Shown piece after piece: positions 38,015 to 47,868 of a stretch of 64,000 nucleotides of DNA. The stretch is from Longimicrobiales bacterium (GTDB lineage: Bacteria; Gemmatimonadota; Gemmatimonadetes; Longimicrobiales; Gaopeijiaceae), in contig OZ250165.1 of NCBI GenBank assembly GCA_965238005.1, forward strand, positions 3,616,001 through 3,680,000. Direction: 5' to 3'. Each line of letters begins with the position of its first letter. Positions within the stretch are counted from its first letter, which is position 1. The position numbers were made by a program, and so were the translations under genes. A model generated the notes under the pieces. It ran no database searches, had not been told where the DNA came from, and was given only the letters and a program-made list of their open reading frames with translations.

Positions 38015-39294
38015 CGGTAGAAGAGATCGACGGGCCACATGGGAACTGCCGGAACGTAGGTGACCAGCAGAAGCATGGCTACGAGAACGGCCACGAAGTA
38101 GACGTTCACCTTGCTCACCTCCCAGATGTCCGCCTTGGCCACGGAGCAGGCCGTGACCAGGACACTGGCCACCGGCGGCGTCTGCTGGCCGATCCCCAGG
38201 TTCAGCGTGACCACGAGCCCGAAGTGAACCGGATCGATGCCGGCGGCCAGGACCAGGGGCATCACGATGGGCACGACCAGGATGATGGCGGCCGCCGAGT
38301 GGAGAAAGAGACCCACGAGCAGGAAGAACACGTTGAGGAGCGCGAGGATCGCCAGGCGGTTGTCGGTGAAGTCCATGATGCCCTGGGCGACGCGCTGCGG
38401 CACCTGCACCTCGGTCAGATAGTCGCCAAGAAGCGCCGAGGTGGCCACGAGGAGCATGACCACCGCCGTCTGGATGCCTCCGTCGAGCATGGCCGTCCGC
38501 AAGGCCCCGAGGTCGAGCTCCCGGTAGATGCCACCGCCGATGACGATGGCGGCCACCACCGCCAGGCCCGCTCCCTCGGTTGCCGTGACCCACCCCGAGA
38601 AGATCCCGCCGAGGATGATCCCCGGAAGGAGCAGCGCCCAGCCCGCCTCCTTGAGGGTCACGAAGACTTGCCGAAGCCGGAAGGTCGACTCCACAGGAAA
38701 GCCGTTCCTCAGGGCCAGAACGTAGACCACGACCATCATGAGGAGGCCGCCCAGCACGCCCGGAACGATCCCGGCCACGAAGAGCTCAACGACGGAGCTT
38801 CCCGACATCACGCCGTACAGGATCATGGGGATCGACGGAGGGATGATGACGGCCAAGGTGGCCGACGACGACGTGACGGCGGCGGCGAAGGGCGTGGGGT
38901 AGCCCCGCTTCTTCATCGCCGGGATGAGGATGGACCCCAGGGCCGCGACGTCGGCCACTGCGGAGCCGGAGATCTCGGCGAAGAAGAGGGACGCGCTCAC
39001 CGTCACCATGGCGAGGCCGCCCCGGATGAAGCCCACCAGCGCCGACGCCAGGTTGATCAGGCGCCGCGAGATTCCCGACGCGTTCATGATCGCCCCGGCC
39101 AGGACGAAGAGCGGGATGGCGATGAGGGCGAACTTGGTGGATCCGGAGAAGAGAACGATGGCGGCGTTGGGTAGCCCCCCCACTCCGGCCGTGAGCCAGA
39201 TCGCCAAGACCGCCACCACGCCGAGGGAGACCGCAATGGGCACGTTGATGAGGACCAGCGCCACCAGCCCGAGGAACATGAATAGGAGGGTCAC
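38011..39294 (-). CDS. dctM: TRAP transporter large permease
   Basis: AIPLFVLAG, ISGSAVAD, IIPPSIPM, GIDPVHFG, TPPV. Confidence 0.93.
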   Translation of the reverse strand: MTLLFMFLGLVALVLINVPIAVSLGVVAVLAIWLTAGVGGLPNAAIVLFSGSTKFALIAIPLFVLAGAIMNASGISRRLINLASALVGFIRGGLAMVTVSASLFFAEISGSAVADVAALGSILIPAMKKRGYPTPFAAAVTSSSATLAVIIPPSIPMILYGVMSGSSVVELFVAGIVPGVLGGLLMMVVVYVLALRNGFPVESTFRLRQVFVTLKEAGWALLLPGIILGGIFSGWVTATEGAGLAVVAAIVIGGGIYRELDLGALRTAMLDGGIQTAVVMLLVATSALLGDYLTEVQVPQRVAQGIMDFTDNRLAILALLNVFFLLVGLFLHSAAAIILVVPIVMPLVLAAGIDPVHFGLVVTLNLGIGQQTPPVASVLVTACSVAKADIWEVSKVNVYFVAVLVAMLLLVTYVPAVPMWPVDLFYR

Positions 39295-39821
39295 GGGCTC
39301 TCCTCCGGGGCCGGATCGTCGATGCGCCCGGCCGCTGCGTCATCCGCGCCTCCCCGTCTCTCGCCCGGCGGACCAGCGAGCACCTCGGGAAGGGTGAGGA
39401 GCTCGGCGACGATGTAGAGCACCGCACCGATGGGAATCACCGACTGGGTGAATCGCTGAGGCACCCAAGGGAGGCTCACCAGAGTCTCGCCCCCGAGAAT
39501 GCCGAAGACCCTCCACCCCCCCCAAGCCACCACCAGGAAGAAGGTCAGGACGAAGACTTCGCCCAGCAGGATCAGCGGGCGCCGGACGGCGGGGCCGAGC
39601 CCATCCAGGAGCTTGGGGAAGCCGATGTGGACCCGGTGGAGCGCCGCCAACGCCGCCCCGTAGAAGGTGAGCCAGGCCAGGAGGATGGAGGCCACTTCGT
39701 CGTACCAGACCAGGGCGGCACCGAGCTTCCTGAACGCGACGCCCAGGACGACCACCAGCGCCAAAGCGGCCATGAGCGCCAGGACCACGACCTCCAGTGT
39801 GACCCGGAGCCCCCGTCGCAT
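39291..39821 (-). CDS. dctQ: TRAP transporter small permease
   Basis: 4 TM segments, WYDEVA..WLTFYGAA..H; between dctP and dctM. Confidence 0.88.
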   Translation of the reverse strand: MRRGLRVTLEVVVLALMAALALVVVLGVAFRKLGAALVWYDEVASILLAWLTFYGAALAALHRVHIGFPKLLDGLGPAVRRPLILLGEVFVLTFFLVVAWGGWRVFGILGGETLVSLPWVPQRFTQSVIPIGAVLYIVAELLTLPEVLAGPPGERRGGADDAAAGRIDDPAPEESP

Positions 39822-39861
39822 GCGCCCACGAACGGCGTAGGCCCTCTGAGCGGCGGCCGTA

Positions 39862-40875
39862 TCAGCCCCCTGCGAGCTCGAGGGCCCGAGCCACCATGGC
39901 GTCACCGCCCTCCACCGTGCTTCCGAATTCCTGGAAGATCGCGCGGCTCGCCGAGACGAAGGCCTCCCGGTCCACATCGTTCACCTGCACGCCCCCCGCC
40001 CGGAGCTCCTCCAGGACGTAGGCGTCCATGCGGGCAGCCGTCTCGTGGACGAACGCCTGGGTCTCCGCCGCGATCTCGGTCAGGGCGGCCCGTGCGTCTT
40101 CGGGCAGCCGGTCCCAGCTCGCGCCCACCGTGACGTACGCCGGCGTGTAGACATGTCCCGTGAGGGACAGGTACCTCTGGACTTCGTGGAACTTGGAGGC
40201 GTGGATCTGGGCCAGCGGGTTTTCCTGCCCGTCCATGACCCCGGTCTGGAGCGCCACGAACACCTCCGACAAGGCCATGGGCGAGGGATTGGCGCCGAAG
40301 GCCTTGAACAGCCTGACCCGCCAGATCCCGCGGGGGGTGCGGAGCTTGATGCCCGCCAGGTCGGTGGGCGTCACCACGGGCCGCAGGTTGTTCGTCACGT
40401 GGCGAAACCCGTTCTCCCACACCGCGATGATCCTATAGCCACGCTCCTCCGCCAGCGGGACGAGGGTGGGCCACACGATCTCCTCTTCGATGCGCTTCAT
40501 GTGATCTCGGTCCTGGACCAGGTACGGCATCTCGAAGAGGCCGAAGGCGTCGACCGTGGACGACATGATGGTCGAGGGCAGTGCGAAGTCGAGGGTGCCC
40601 AGCTTGAGCTTCTGGAGCATGACCTCGTCCCCTCCCAGCTGGCTGGAGCCGAAGACGCTCACCTCGACCCGGCCCGCCAGCCTTGCGTTGGCCCGCCGGG
40701 CAAACTCCTCCGCAGAGACCGCGAACAGGGAGCCGGGGGCGCCCACGTGGCCGAACTTGAGCTCGATGAGCGACTCCTCCCCGGATTCGCCTCCGCAGCC
40801 GGCGACGCCCGAACCCACGACGAGGGCGATGAGGGCGACGGTCCACCGCGGGCTGCCGCCGCTCCATGCCGTCAT
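39862..40875 (-). CDS. dctP: TRAP substrate-binding lipoprotein
   Basis: Lipobox VAGC; ENGFRH, GIKLRTP, ALQTGVMDGQENP. Confidence 0.92.
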   Translation of the reverse strand: MTAWSGGSPRWTVALIALVVGSGVAGCGGESGEESLIELKFGHVGAPGSLFAVSAEEFARRANARLAGRVEVSVFGSSQLGGDEVMLQKLKLGTLDFALPSTIMSSTVDAFGLFEMPYLVQDRDHMKRIEEEIVWPTLVPLAEERGYRIIAVWENGFRHVTNNLRPVVTPTDLAGIKLRTPRGIWRVRLFKAFGANPSPMALSEVFVALQTGVMDGQENPLAQIHASKFHEVQRYLSLTGHVYTPAYVTVGASWDRLPEDARAALTEIAAETQAFVHETAARMDAYVLEELRAGGVQVNDVDREAFVSASRAIFQEFGSTVEGGDAMVARALELAGG

Positions 40876-42050
40876 GCCGCTCCTCCCTCACCGGCCAGGA
40901 ACTCGAGGGCGACCTGGACACCACCCGCCTGGTGCGGAACACCGGCCATGCTCAGCCCCATCTCGACGCCGCACAGCGTCCCCGCCAAGGTCACGTCGTT
41001 GAGGTCACCGAGGTGGCCGATCCGGAAGACGCGGCCCTTCAGCTTCCCGAGCCCTCCCCCCAGCGACATGTCGAGACACTCCACAATGACCCGGCGGAGC
41101 TCGTTCGCGTCTGTCCCGTCGGGTACCTGAACGCACGTCAGAGCGGAGCTGAAGGCCGACTCTTCGAGGCAGAAGTTCTCGAGCTCCCACGCCGCGACGG
41201 CACGGCGGGTGGCTTGGGCGAATCGCGTGTGGCGTGCGAAGGTGCGATCCAAGCCCTCTTCGCGAAGCATCTTCAGGGCCTCATCGAGCCCGTACATCAG
41301 GTTCGTGGCCGGCGTGTAGGGGAAGTAACCGTCCTCGTTGGACGTCTTCATGGCGGTCCAGTCCCAATACGAGCGCGGAAGCTCCGCATCCGCGTGCGCC
41401 TCCAGAGCCTTCTTGCTCACCGCAGCGAAGCTGAGACCCGGAGGGAGCATGAGGCCCTTCTGGGAGCCGGCGATGGTCACGTCCACGCCCCATTCGTCGT
41501 GGCGGAGGTCCATGGCGCAAAGCGACGACACGGCATCGATCATGAGCAGCGCGGGGTGGTCCGCCCGGTCGAGGGCGGCCCGCGCTGCCGGGATGTCGTT
41601 GGTCACGCCGGTGGAGGTCTCGTTGTGGACCACGAGAACCGCCTTGATCTGATGACCCGTGTCGGCGGTGAGGCACTCCTCCAGAACCGCCGGATCGACC
41701 CCCCTACGCCAGTCCGAGGGCAAGACATCCACCGTGAGACCCATGTTTCGCGCAACCCCTGCCCAGTTCTCCGCGAAGTGCCCGCTGTCGAACGCCGCGA
41801 CCCGGTCGCCCGGGGACAGGGTGTTCACCAGGCCGGCTTCCCACGAGCCACTCCCCGAGGCCGGGTACATGAAGACGTGCTCAGAAGCCCGGAAGACCTC
41901 CTTCAGGCCGGCCAGAATCCTGCGGCCCATTTCGCCGAACTCGGGCGCCCGGTGGTCGATTGTCGGCCGGGCCATGGCGCGCAGGATCCGCTCCGGGACG
42001 TTGGTCGGTCCGGGGAGCTGCAGGAAGTGTCGTCCTGAACGAAACGCCAT
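40872..42050 (-). CDS. Serine-glyoxylate/alanine-glyoxylate aminotransferase (class V PLP)
   Basis: GRHFLQLPGPTNVP, VHNETSTG, DAVSS, GSQKGLMLPPG, FRIGHLG. Confidence 0.9.
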   Translation of the reverse strand: MAFRSGRHFLQLPGPTNVPERILRAMARPTIDHRAPEFGEMGRRILAGLKEVFRASEHVFMYPASGSGSWEAGLVNTLSPGDRVAAFDSGHFAENWAGVARNMGLTVDVLPSDWRRGVDPAVLEECLTADTGHQIKAVLVVHNETSTGVTNDIPAARAALDRADHPALLMIDAVSSLCAMDLRHDEWGVDVTIAGSQKGLMLPPGLSFAAVSKKALEAHADAELPRSYWDWTAMKTSNEDGYFPYTPATNLMYGLDEALKMLREEGLDRTFARHTRFAQATRRAVAAWELENFCLEESAFSSALTCVQVPDGTDANELRRVIVECLDMSLGGGLGKLKGRVFRIGHLGDLNDVTLAGTLCGVEMGLSMAGVPHQAGGVQVALEFLAGEGGAA

Positions 42051-42147
42051 GGGTAGACTCCTGGAGACTGGGACCGGTTCGCGAGCGCAATGTCCCGTCG
42101 ACGGAACACTAGGGCGGAAATAATGGTGCGGAGCTACCTTCCCCGCC

Positions 42148-45111
42148 ATGACGAGCACGACGCGTTCCCGCGGCGACCCTGCGCTCGCCGCCCGCCTCGG
42201 GCGGGAGCTGGAAGGCGATGTGCTCTTCGACCCATTCAGCCGCGGTCTCTATTCCACCGACGCCTCCATCTACCAGATCGAGCCGGTGGGCGTCGTGGTG
42301 CCCCGGACCGTGGACGACGTGTCACGGACGCTGGAGATCGCGGCCGAGAGCGGCTTTTCAGTGACTCCGCGCGGCGCCGGCACCTCCCAGTCCGGTCAGG
42401 CCATCGGGGATGGCCTGGTCATGGATACCAGCAAGTACCTGATCGGCGTCGGGAAGCTCGATACCGATCGGCAGACGATCAGGGTTCGCCCCGGCGTGGT
42501 TCTGGATGACCTCAACCGGATGCTTGCACCCCATGGACTGTTCTTCCCGGTGGACGTGGCCACCGCAGCACAGGCCACCCTGGGCGGCATGGCGGCCAAC
42601 AACAGTGCCGGCGCTCGTTCCATCCGGTACGGGATGATGGTGGACAACGTCCGTCGGGTGGACGGATTCCTGTCGGACGGAACGCCGGTGAGCTTCGGTC
42701 TCGGGACGCCCTCGGACGGGCCCGAAGCCGAGCTCGCCGGCACCCTGGCCGCCCTGAGGCAGCGCGAGGCGGAGGAGCTGGAGCTCCGCATCCCCAAGGT
42801 CATGCGGAGGGTCGCGGGTTACAACCTCGACCGCATATCCCCGCAAGGCGGAGAGATCGTGCGGCTCCTGATAGGCTCGGAGGGCACCCTGGCGTTCTTC
42901 ACCGACCTCGAGCTACAGCTCGCTCCCCTGCCTTCGGGCACGGTCCTGGGAGTGTGTGCCTTCCCCGATCTCGACCGAGCCCTGAAGGCCGTGCGCGCGA
43001 TCGTGGAGCTCGAGCCCTCCGCAGTAGAGCTCGTGGACGGAACGCTTCTGGATTTGGCCCGGGAGATCCCCGATCTGCGAGACGCCGTAACCGAATTCGT
43101 CCGGGGCGAGCCACGCGCCCTGCTCCTTGTTGAGTTCTCGGGCGCCGACCAGGGTCGCCTCTCCGCCGATCTGGACCGACTCCAAGAGCTCATGGGTGAT
43201 CTGGGCCACCCGGGCGCGGTTGTCCGAGCGGAGACCTCCGACTTCCAGCGCCGGATCTGGGCCGTGCGCAAGGCCGGCATGAGCGTCGTCATGTCCATGA
43301 AGGGCGACCGGAAGCCTGTGTCCTTCATCGAGGACTGCACGGTTCCCCTTGAACACCTCCCCGAGTACGGGGCGCGGCTCGAGGAGATCTTCCACCGCCA
43401 CGGAACCACCGGCACATGGTATGCCCACGCGTCGGTGGGCTGCCTTCACGTTCGCCCGATCCTGAACCTGAAGCAGGATTCCGATCTGAAGACGATGCGG
43501 GCCATCGCGGAGGAGGCTCACGAGCTGGTGAGGGAGTTCGGAGGATCGCACTCGGGCGAGCACGGGGACGGGCTGGTGCGCTCCGAGTTCCTGGAGCCCA
43601 TGTTGGGGAGCCGGCTGGTGCGGGCGTTCGAGGGGATCAAGGCGGCCTTCGATCCCTCGGGCACGCTCAACCCCGGGAAGATCGTGAACCCGACCCGCAT
43701 GGACGACCGCACCCTTCTGCGCTTCAAGGCGGGCTACGTGTCGCTTCCCGTCGAGACGTCCATGGACTGGTCCGCGTGGGGCGGGTGGGCCGGCGCCATC
43801 GAGATGTGCAACAACAACGGGGCCTGTCGCAAGCGGGACCCGGGGGTCATGTGCCCCTCCTTCCGGGCGACCCAAGACGAGCGCCACAGCACCCGAGGAC
43901 GGGCGAACACACTGCGGTTGGCCCTCACCGGGCAATTGGGCCCGGACGCCCTCACCTCCGCCGACATGTACGAGACGCTGGCCCTCTGTGTCGGGTGCAA
44001 GGCGTGCCGGAAGGAGTGTCCCACCGGGGTGGACGTGGCTCGTATGAAAACGGAGTTCCTCGGCCACTACCACCGCCGGCACGGGCTTCCCCTTCGCGAG
44101 CGCCTGGTGGCGTGGCTCCCCCGCTACGCCCCGTGGGCTGCACGGTTGCCGGAGCTGGCCAACCTGGGCCGTCCCGGAGGATGGCTGGCACGAGCCGGCG
44201 AGCGGCTGCTCGGCCTCTCGGCGCGCCGGGAACGTCCGCGTTGGTGCCGAGACATCTTTCGAGGCCCAGACGGGCGATCCCTCCGCCGGGGTCCGTCCCT
44301 CGGCCGGCCACCCCATGCGCGTCGTGGCCGAAGGTCGGGTTCCGACGGCGATCCGATGGCGGCGGGTGGTGGCCGAGAGGTCGTCCTCTGGGCCGACACG
44401 TTCAACACGTACTTCGAGCCTGAGAACGTACGTACGGCCGTACAGGTGCTCGAGGCCGCCGGGTATCGGGTCCGCGGGCCCATTCTTCCCCGACGCCCAC
44501 CCTGCTGCGGTCGCACGTTCCTGAACGCTGGCCTGGTTGAAGAGGCCCGCCACGAGGCCCGGCGCCTTCTGAACGCCCTCGGTCCTTGGGCGGAACGTGG
44601 CGTCCCCGTCGTCGGCTTAGAGCCTTCATGCCTCCTCACGCTCCGGGATGAGCTCCCGGACCTGCTCCCCGGGGAGGAAAGCACGAGACTGGCGGAGCAG
44701 GCATTTCTCCTTGACGAGTTCTTGGCCGCCGAAAGAGTCGAGGAACGCGCCCACCTCGACCTCGGTGCGGTGGACGCCCGGAGGGTCCTCGTGCACACCC
44801 ACTGTCACCAGAAGGCGCTGGGCCGTGAGGGGACTACGGAGACGGTCCTCGGATGGATCCCCGGGCTGGAGGTCGAGACGGTCAAGGCGGGGTGCTGCGG
44901 GATGGCCGGGGCGTTCGGCTACGAGGCCGAGCACTACCAGGTGTCCATGGCCATGGCCGAGCTCGATCTGCTCCCGGCCATCCGCAAAGCCGGGTCCGAC
45001 ACCTGGATTGTGGCGGCCGGTACGAGCTGCCGGCATCAGATCGCGCACGGGGCCCGGCGGCCGGCCCTCTCCCTGGGCCAGGTGCTCGTGGCGTCCCTCG
45101 AGCGTCGTTGA
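42148..45111 (+). CDS. FAD-linked, Fe-S-binding oxidoreductase (GlcD/GlcF-type fusion; D-lactate/glycolate dehydrogenase-like)
   Basis: PRGAGTSQ.GQ, HAS.GCLH, SGEHGDG, CNNNGAC, CVGCKAC..CP and CCG motifs. Confidence 0.9.
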   Translation: MTSTTRSRGDPALAARLGRELEGDVLFDPFSRGLYSTDASIYQIEPVGVVVPRTVDDVSRTLEIAAESGFSVTPRGAGTSQSGQAIGDGLVMDTSKYLIGVGKLDTDRQTIRVRPGVVLDDLNRMLAPHGLFFPVDVATAAQATLGGMAANNSAGARSIRYGMMVDNVRRVDGFLSDGTPVSFGLGTPSDGPEAELAGTLAALRQREAEELELRIPKVMRRVAGYNLDRISPQGGEIVRLLIGSEGTLAFFTDLELQLAPLPSGTVLGVCAFPDLDRALKAVRAIVELEPSAVELVDGTLLDLAREIPDLRDAVTEFVRGEPRALLLVEFSGADQGRLSADLDRLQELMGDLGHPGAVVRAETSDFQRRIWAVRKAGMSVVMSMKGDRKPVSFIEDCTVPLEHLPEYGARLEEIFHRHGTTGTWYAHASVGCLHVRPILNLKQDSDLKTMRAIAEEAHELVREFGGSHSGEHGDGLVRSEFLEPMLGSRLVRAFEGIKAAFDPSGTLNPGKIVNPTRMDDRTLLRFKAGYVSLPVETSMDWSAWGGWAGAIEMCNNNGACRKRDPGVMCPSFRATQDERHSTRGRANTLRLALTGQLGPDALTSADMYETLALCVGCKACRKECPTGVDVARMKTEFLGHYHRRHGLPLRERLVAWLPRYAPWAARLPELANLGRPGGWLARAGERLLGLSARRERPRWCRDIFRGPDGRSLRRGPSLGRPPHARRGRRSGSDGDPMAAGGGREVVLWADTFNTYFEPENVRTAVQVLEAAGYRVRGPILPRRPPCCGRTFLNAGLVEEARHEARRLLNALGPWAERGVPVVGLEPSCLLTLRDELPDLLPGEESTRLAEQAFLLDEFLAAERVEERAHLDLGAVDARRVLVHTHCHQKALGREGTTETVLGWIPGLEVETVKAGCCGMAGAFGYEAEHYQVSMAMAELDLLPAIRKAGSDTWIVAAGTSCRHQIAHGARRPALSLGQVLVASLERR

Positions 45112-45353
45112 CACGACGCCGGCCCCGCGAACGCACCCGCTGCACCCAGCACGATCCCGGCCACGGCCAGGCGTAGTAGCTTCCTAGTCATGCCGGGAAC
45201 GTAGAGGGCATCGGACACATCTGGAAGAAGCGGCCGCCTCCTTGCTCGCCCGGCGGTCTTGACCTACGGTGGTCCTTCCGGCTCCGGCGGGTCTCAGGAC
45301 TCTCCGACCCCGCCTTACCCGGACGACCACCGCCCCGCCACCTGGAGGCATCT

Positions 45354-46364
45354 ATGACGCACGACCCGACCTCCGAGGTCCCCATCATCGACGTCGCTCC
45401 CCTTGTGGCCGAAGCCGGCGACCAGGAGGCGGTGGCAGCCAGCATGGGGCAGGCCTGCAGGGAGAAAGGCTTCTTCTACGTCGTTGGGCACGGCGTCAGC
45501 GAGGACCTCCACCAGCGGCTCGAGGAGCTCAGCCACGCCTTCTTCGCACAGGATCTGGAGACGAAGCTCGAGATCCGGATGGCCCTCGCTGGCAAGGCCT
45601 GGCGAGGCTACTTCCCGGTGGGCGACGAGCTCACCTCGGGCAAACCCGACGTCAAGGAGGGGCTCTACTTCGGGTCGGAGCTGAGTGAGGACGATCCTCG
45701 CGTACGTGCGTGCCTCCCCCTACATGGGCCGAACCTCTTTCCGGCGGGGATCCCGGGCTTCGGCTACACGATCCTGGAGTACATGGCGGCCCTGACGGAT
45801 CTGGGTCATGCGCTCATGAGGGGCATGGCGCTGAGCTTGGGCCTGGAGCCGAGCTATTTCCGGGAGCGGTACATGGCGGATCCCCTCACCCTGCTGCGCA
45901 TCTTCCACTACCCGCCCGTAACGGTGGACCCCGAGGTCGAGGAGCAGTGGGGCGTCGGTGAACACACCGATTACGGTGTCCTGACCATCCTAAAGCAGGA
46001 CGACGTGGGCGGGCTCCAGGTCAAGACACGGTCACGGTGGATCGACGCCCCTCCCGTGCCTGACTCGTTCGTGTGCAACATCGGCGACATGCTGGACCGC
46101 CTGACCCGCGGGCTCTACCGGTCCACGCCCCACCGGGTGCAGAACGTGTCCGGACGAAGCCGGCTCTCGTTCCCATTCTTCTTCGACCCCGGATTCGACG
46201 CGCACGTCGAGGCCATCGATCTGAGTAGCGTGCCCATTCTGGAGGACGACAAGGACGAGCGCTGGGACCATGCCAGCGTGCACGACTTCGAAGGCACCTA
46301 CGGCGACTATGTCCTGGGCAAGGTCTCGAAGGTGTTTCCCGAGCTCCGGCGGAGTGTGATGTAG
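45354..46364 (+). CDS. Isopenicillin N synthase-family 2OG-Fe(II) oxygenase
   Basis: GFFYVVGHG, HTDYG (HxD), NIGDML, HRV and RLS motifs. Confidence 0.9.
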   Translation: MTHDPTSEVPIIDVAPLVAEAGDQEAVAASMGQACREKGFFYVVGHGVSEDLHQRLEELSHAFFAQDLETKLEIRMALAGKAWRGYFPVGDELTSGKPDVKEGLYFGSELSEDDPRVRACLPLHGPNLFPAGIPGFGYTILEYMAALTDLGHALMRGMALSLGLEPSYFRERYMADPLTLLRIFHYPPVTVDPEVEEQWGVGEHTDYGVLTILKQDDVGGLQVKTRSRWIDAPPVPDSFVCNIGDMLDRLTRGLYRSTPHRVQNVSGRSRLSFPFFFDPGFDAHVEAIDLSSVPILEDDKDERWDHASVHDFEGTYGDYVLGKVSKVFPELRRSVM

Positions 46365-46412
46365 TGAGCCGGGTGGGTGGCGAACCCACGACCCACGAAT
46401 TAAAAGTCCGAT
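46363..46412 (-). mobile_element. Degenerate 3' half of tRNA-Lys(UUU), att-site remnant (copy 1)
   Basis: Minus strand cggacttttaattcgtgggtcgtgggttcgccacccacccggctcacta gives anticodon arm, T arm and acceptor 3' strand; no D arm. Confidence 0.8.
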
Positions 46413-46635
46413 AGCAGCATATTCGCAGAATGCCGGCGAGGCTGTCCAAGTTGCTACGAGTTGGGGGGGTTAGGGGGTCGATTGTTCTCTCGAGCCCTCC
46501 CTAGATTCGACCAGTTTCGGGGAGTTTGGGGTCCCGGTTGGGGCCCCAACGGCCGGGGGTCCGAGAGCCGGAGCACGACCTTCTCAAGCGCGGGATCCCG
46601 TCGACTCTTCGCGGAGCACGGCCCCATCAAGAAGG

Positions 46636-47720
46636 CTACTCGGCCTTCAACACCATCACGAGATCCACCGCCGTCGCGCTACGAGCGGGTGCCAGGCACG
46701 CCGCGGCGGACACCAGTACCAACACGGCGCCGACAATGAGCAGCGTCGCGGGGTCGTTGGGCTCCATGTCATAGAGGAAGCCGCCAAGCACTCGCGAGAG
46801 CCCGAGGGTAGCGATCATACCGAGGGCAACGCCCGCCATCGCCACACGCATCCCCTGGCTCAGAACCATCCGGAGCACTGCCGCGCGATCCGCGCCGAGC
46901 GCCATCCGGACACCCAGTTCGCGCTGACGTCGCCTCACGGAATGGGACAGAGAGCCATAGAGACCCGCTGCAGCGAGGAGCATCGCGACGATGGCGAACG
47001 CCCCGACGAGCATCGCCTGAAATCGTGGCGTCGTGCGGGTGGCCGACACGCGATCCCGCATGGTGTTTAGGTTCTGCGGAAGCAAATCGGTTTCAGCGAG
47101 AGCCCTGCGCAGCTCGGGCACGATCACGTCTGTCGGCAACTCCGTCCGGACCACGGACCAACGGGACAACAGCTGCGTCACATCCGCCTGGGTATATGGG
47201 ATGTAGATCGCGGGTCGGGATCCTTCTTCGGCACGCCCCTGCACTACGTCCTCGACCACACCCACGATTCGCATCGGGAGGAGGTCGTCACCCGCCCCCG
47301 GACCTTCCGTGGCTCTACGGACGAGCATGTCGATGGGGTCGCCGCCTTCGAGCTGCGTGCGAACGAAGCTCTCGTTGACCAAAACGACGTACTCCGCGTC
47401 GCGCCCATCCTGACGTTCGATCCCCCGCCCCTGGAGTAGTTCGATACCCAGGGTCTCGAGGTATCCCGGGGTGACCACGTACCCAGCGATCCCGTCCCGC
47501 ACTGCCTCGGACGCGTCGTCGGGCAAGAGCAGCCTGGGTGCCCAGCTCGGGGCCTGGAACGGCAAGTCGGATGCTGCTGCCACCGACTCGACACCGGGCA
47601 CGGCGCCGAGCTTGGCAAGCGCCGGGTCCCACACGGTCCAGACTGCCCCACACCAAAACGAACGTCGCCGGCGCTCGACATGGCCGTAGTCATCGTGATG
47701 AGCCCAACACCCAGTCCCCC
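46636..47720 (-). pseudogene. ADOP-type ABC permease, C-terminal half only
   Basis: VPGVESVA, RELGVRMALGA, APARSAT.VD; about 330 aa of a protein normally about 800 aa; degenerate GLGVG remnant upstream. Confidence 0.75.
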
Positions 47721-47868
47721 CGTTCGAGATTCTCCGTCGAGGCCACGCATGTTCAGCGTGTCCGTTACCGGCATACGGAGGCCCGACGAGGTCGACTGGT
47801 CCTCCAGCCGGCCGCCCTGTAGAATGAAAGGGTTTGGACGGCGGAGGCCGTGAGATCGGAGGAGAACC

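Noticed and set aside
38015..38593. N-terminal extension of the enoyl-CoA hydratase
   Set aside because: Overlaps dctM out of frame; the start at 38014 fits the overlap pattern
46363..46412. Functional tRNA-Lys gene (also 56738-56786)
   Set aside because: Only the 3' half is present. No D arm or 5' acceptor strand; mutated T loop in copy 1, shortened anticodon loop in copy 2, no CCA.
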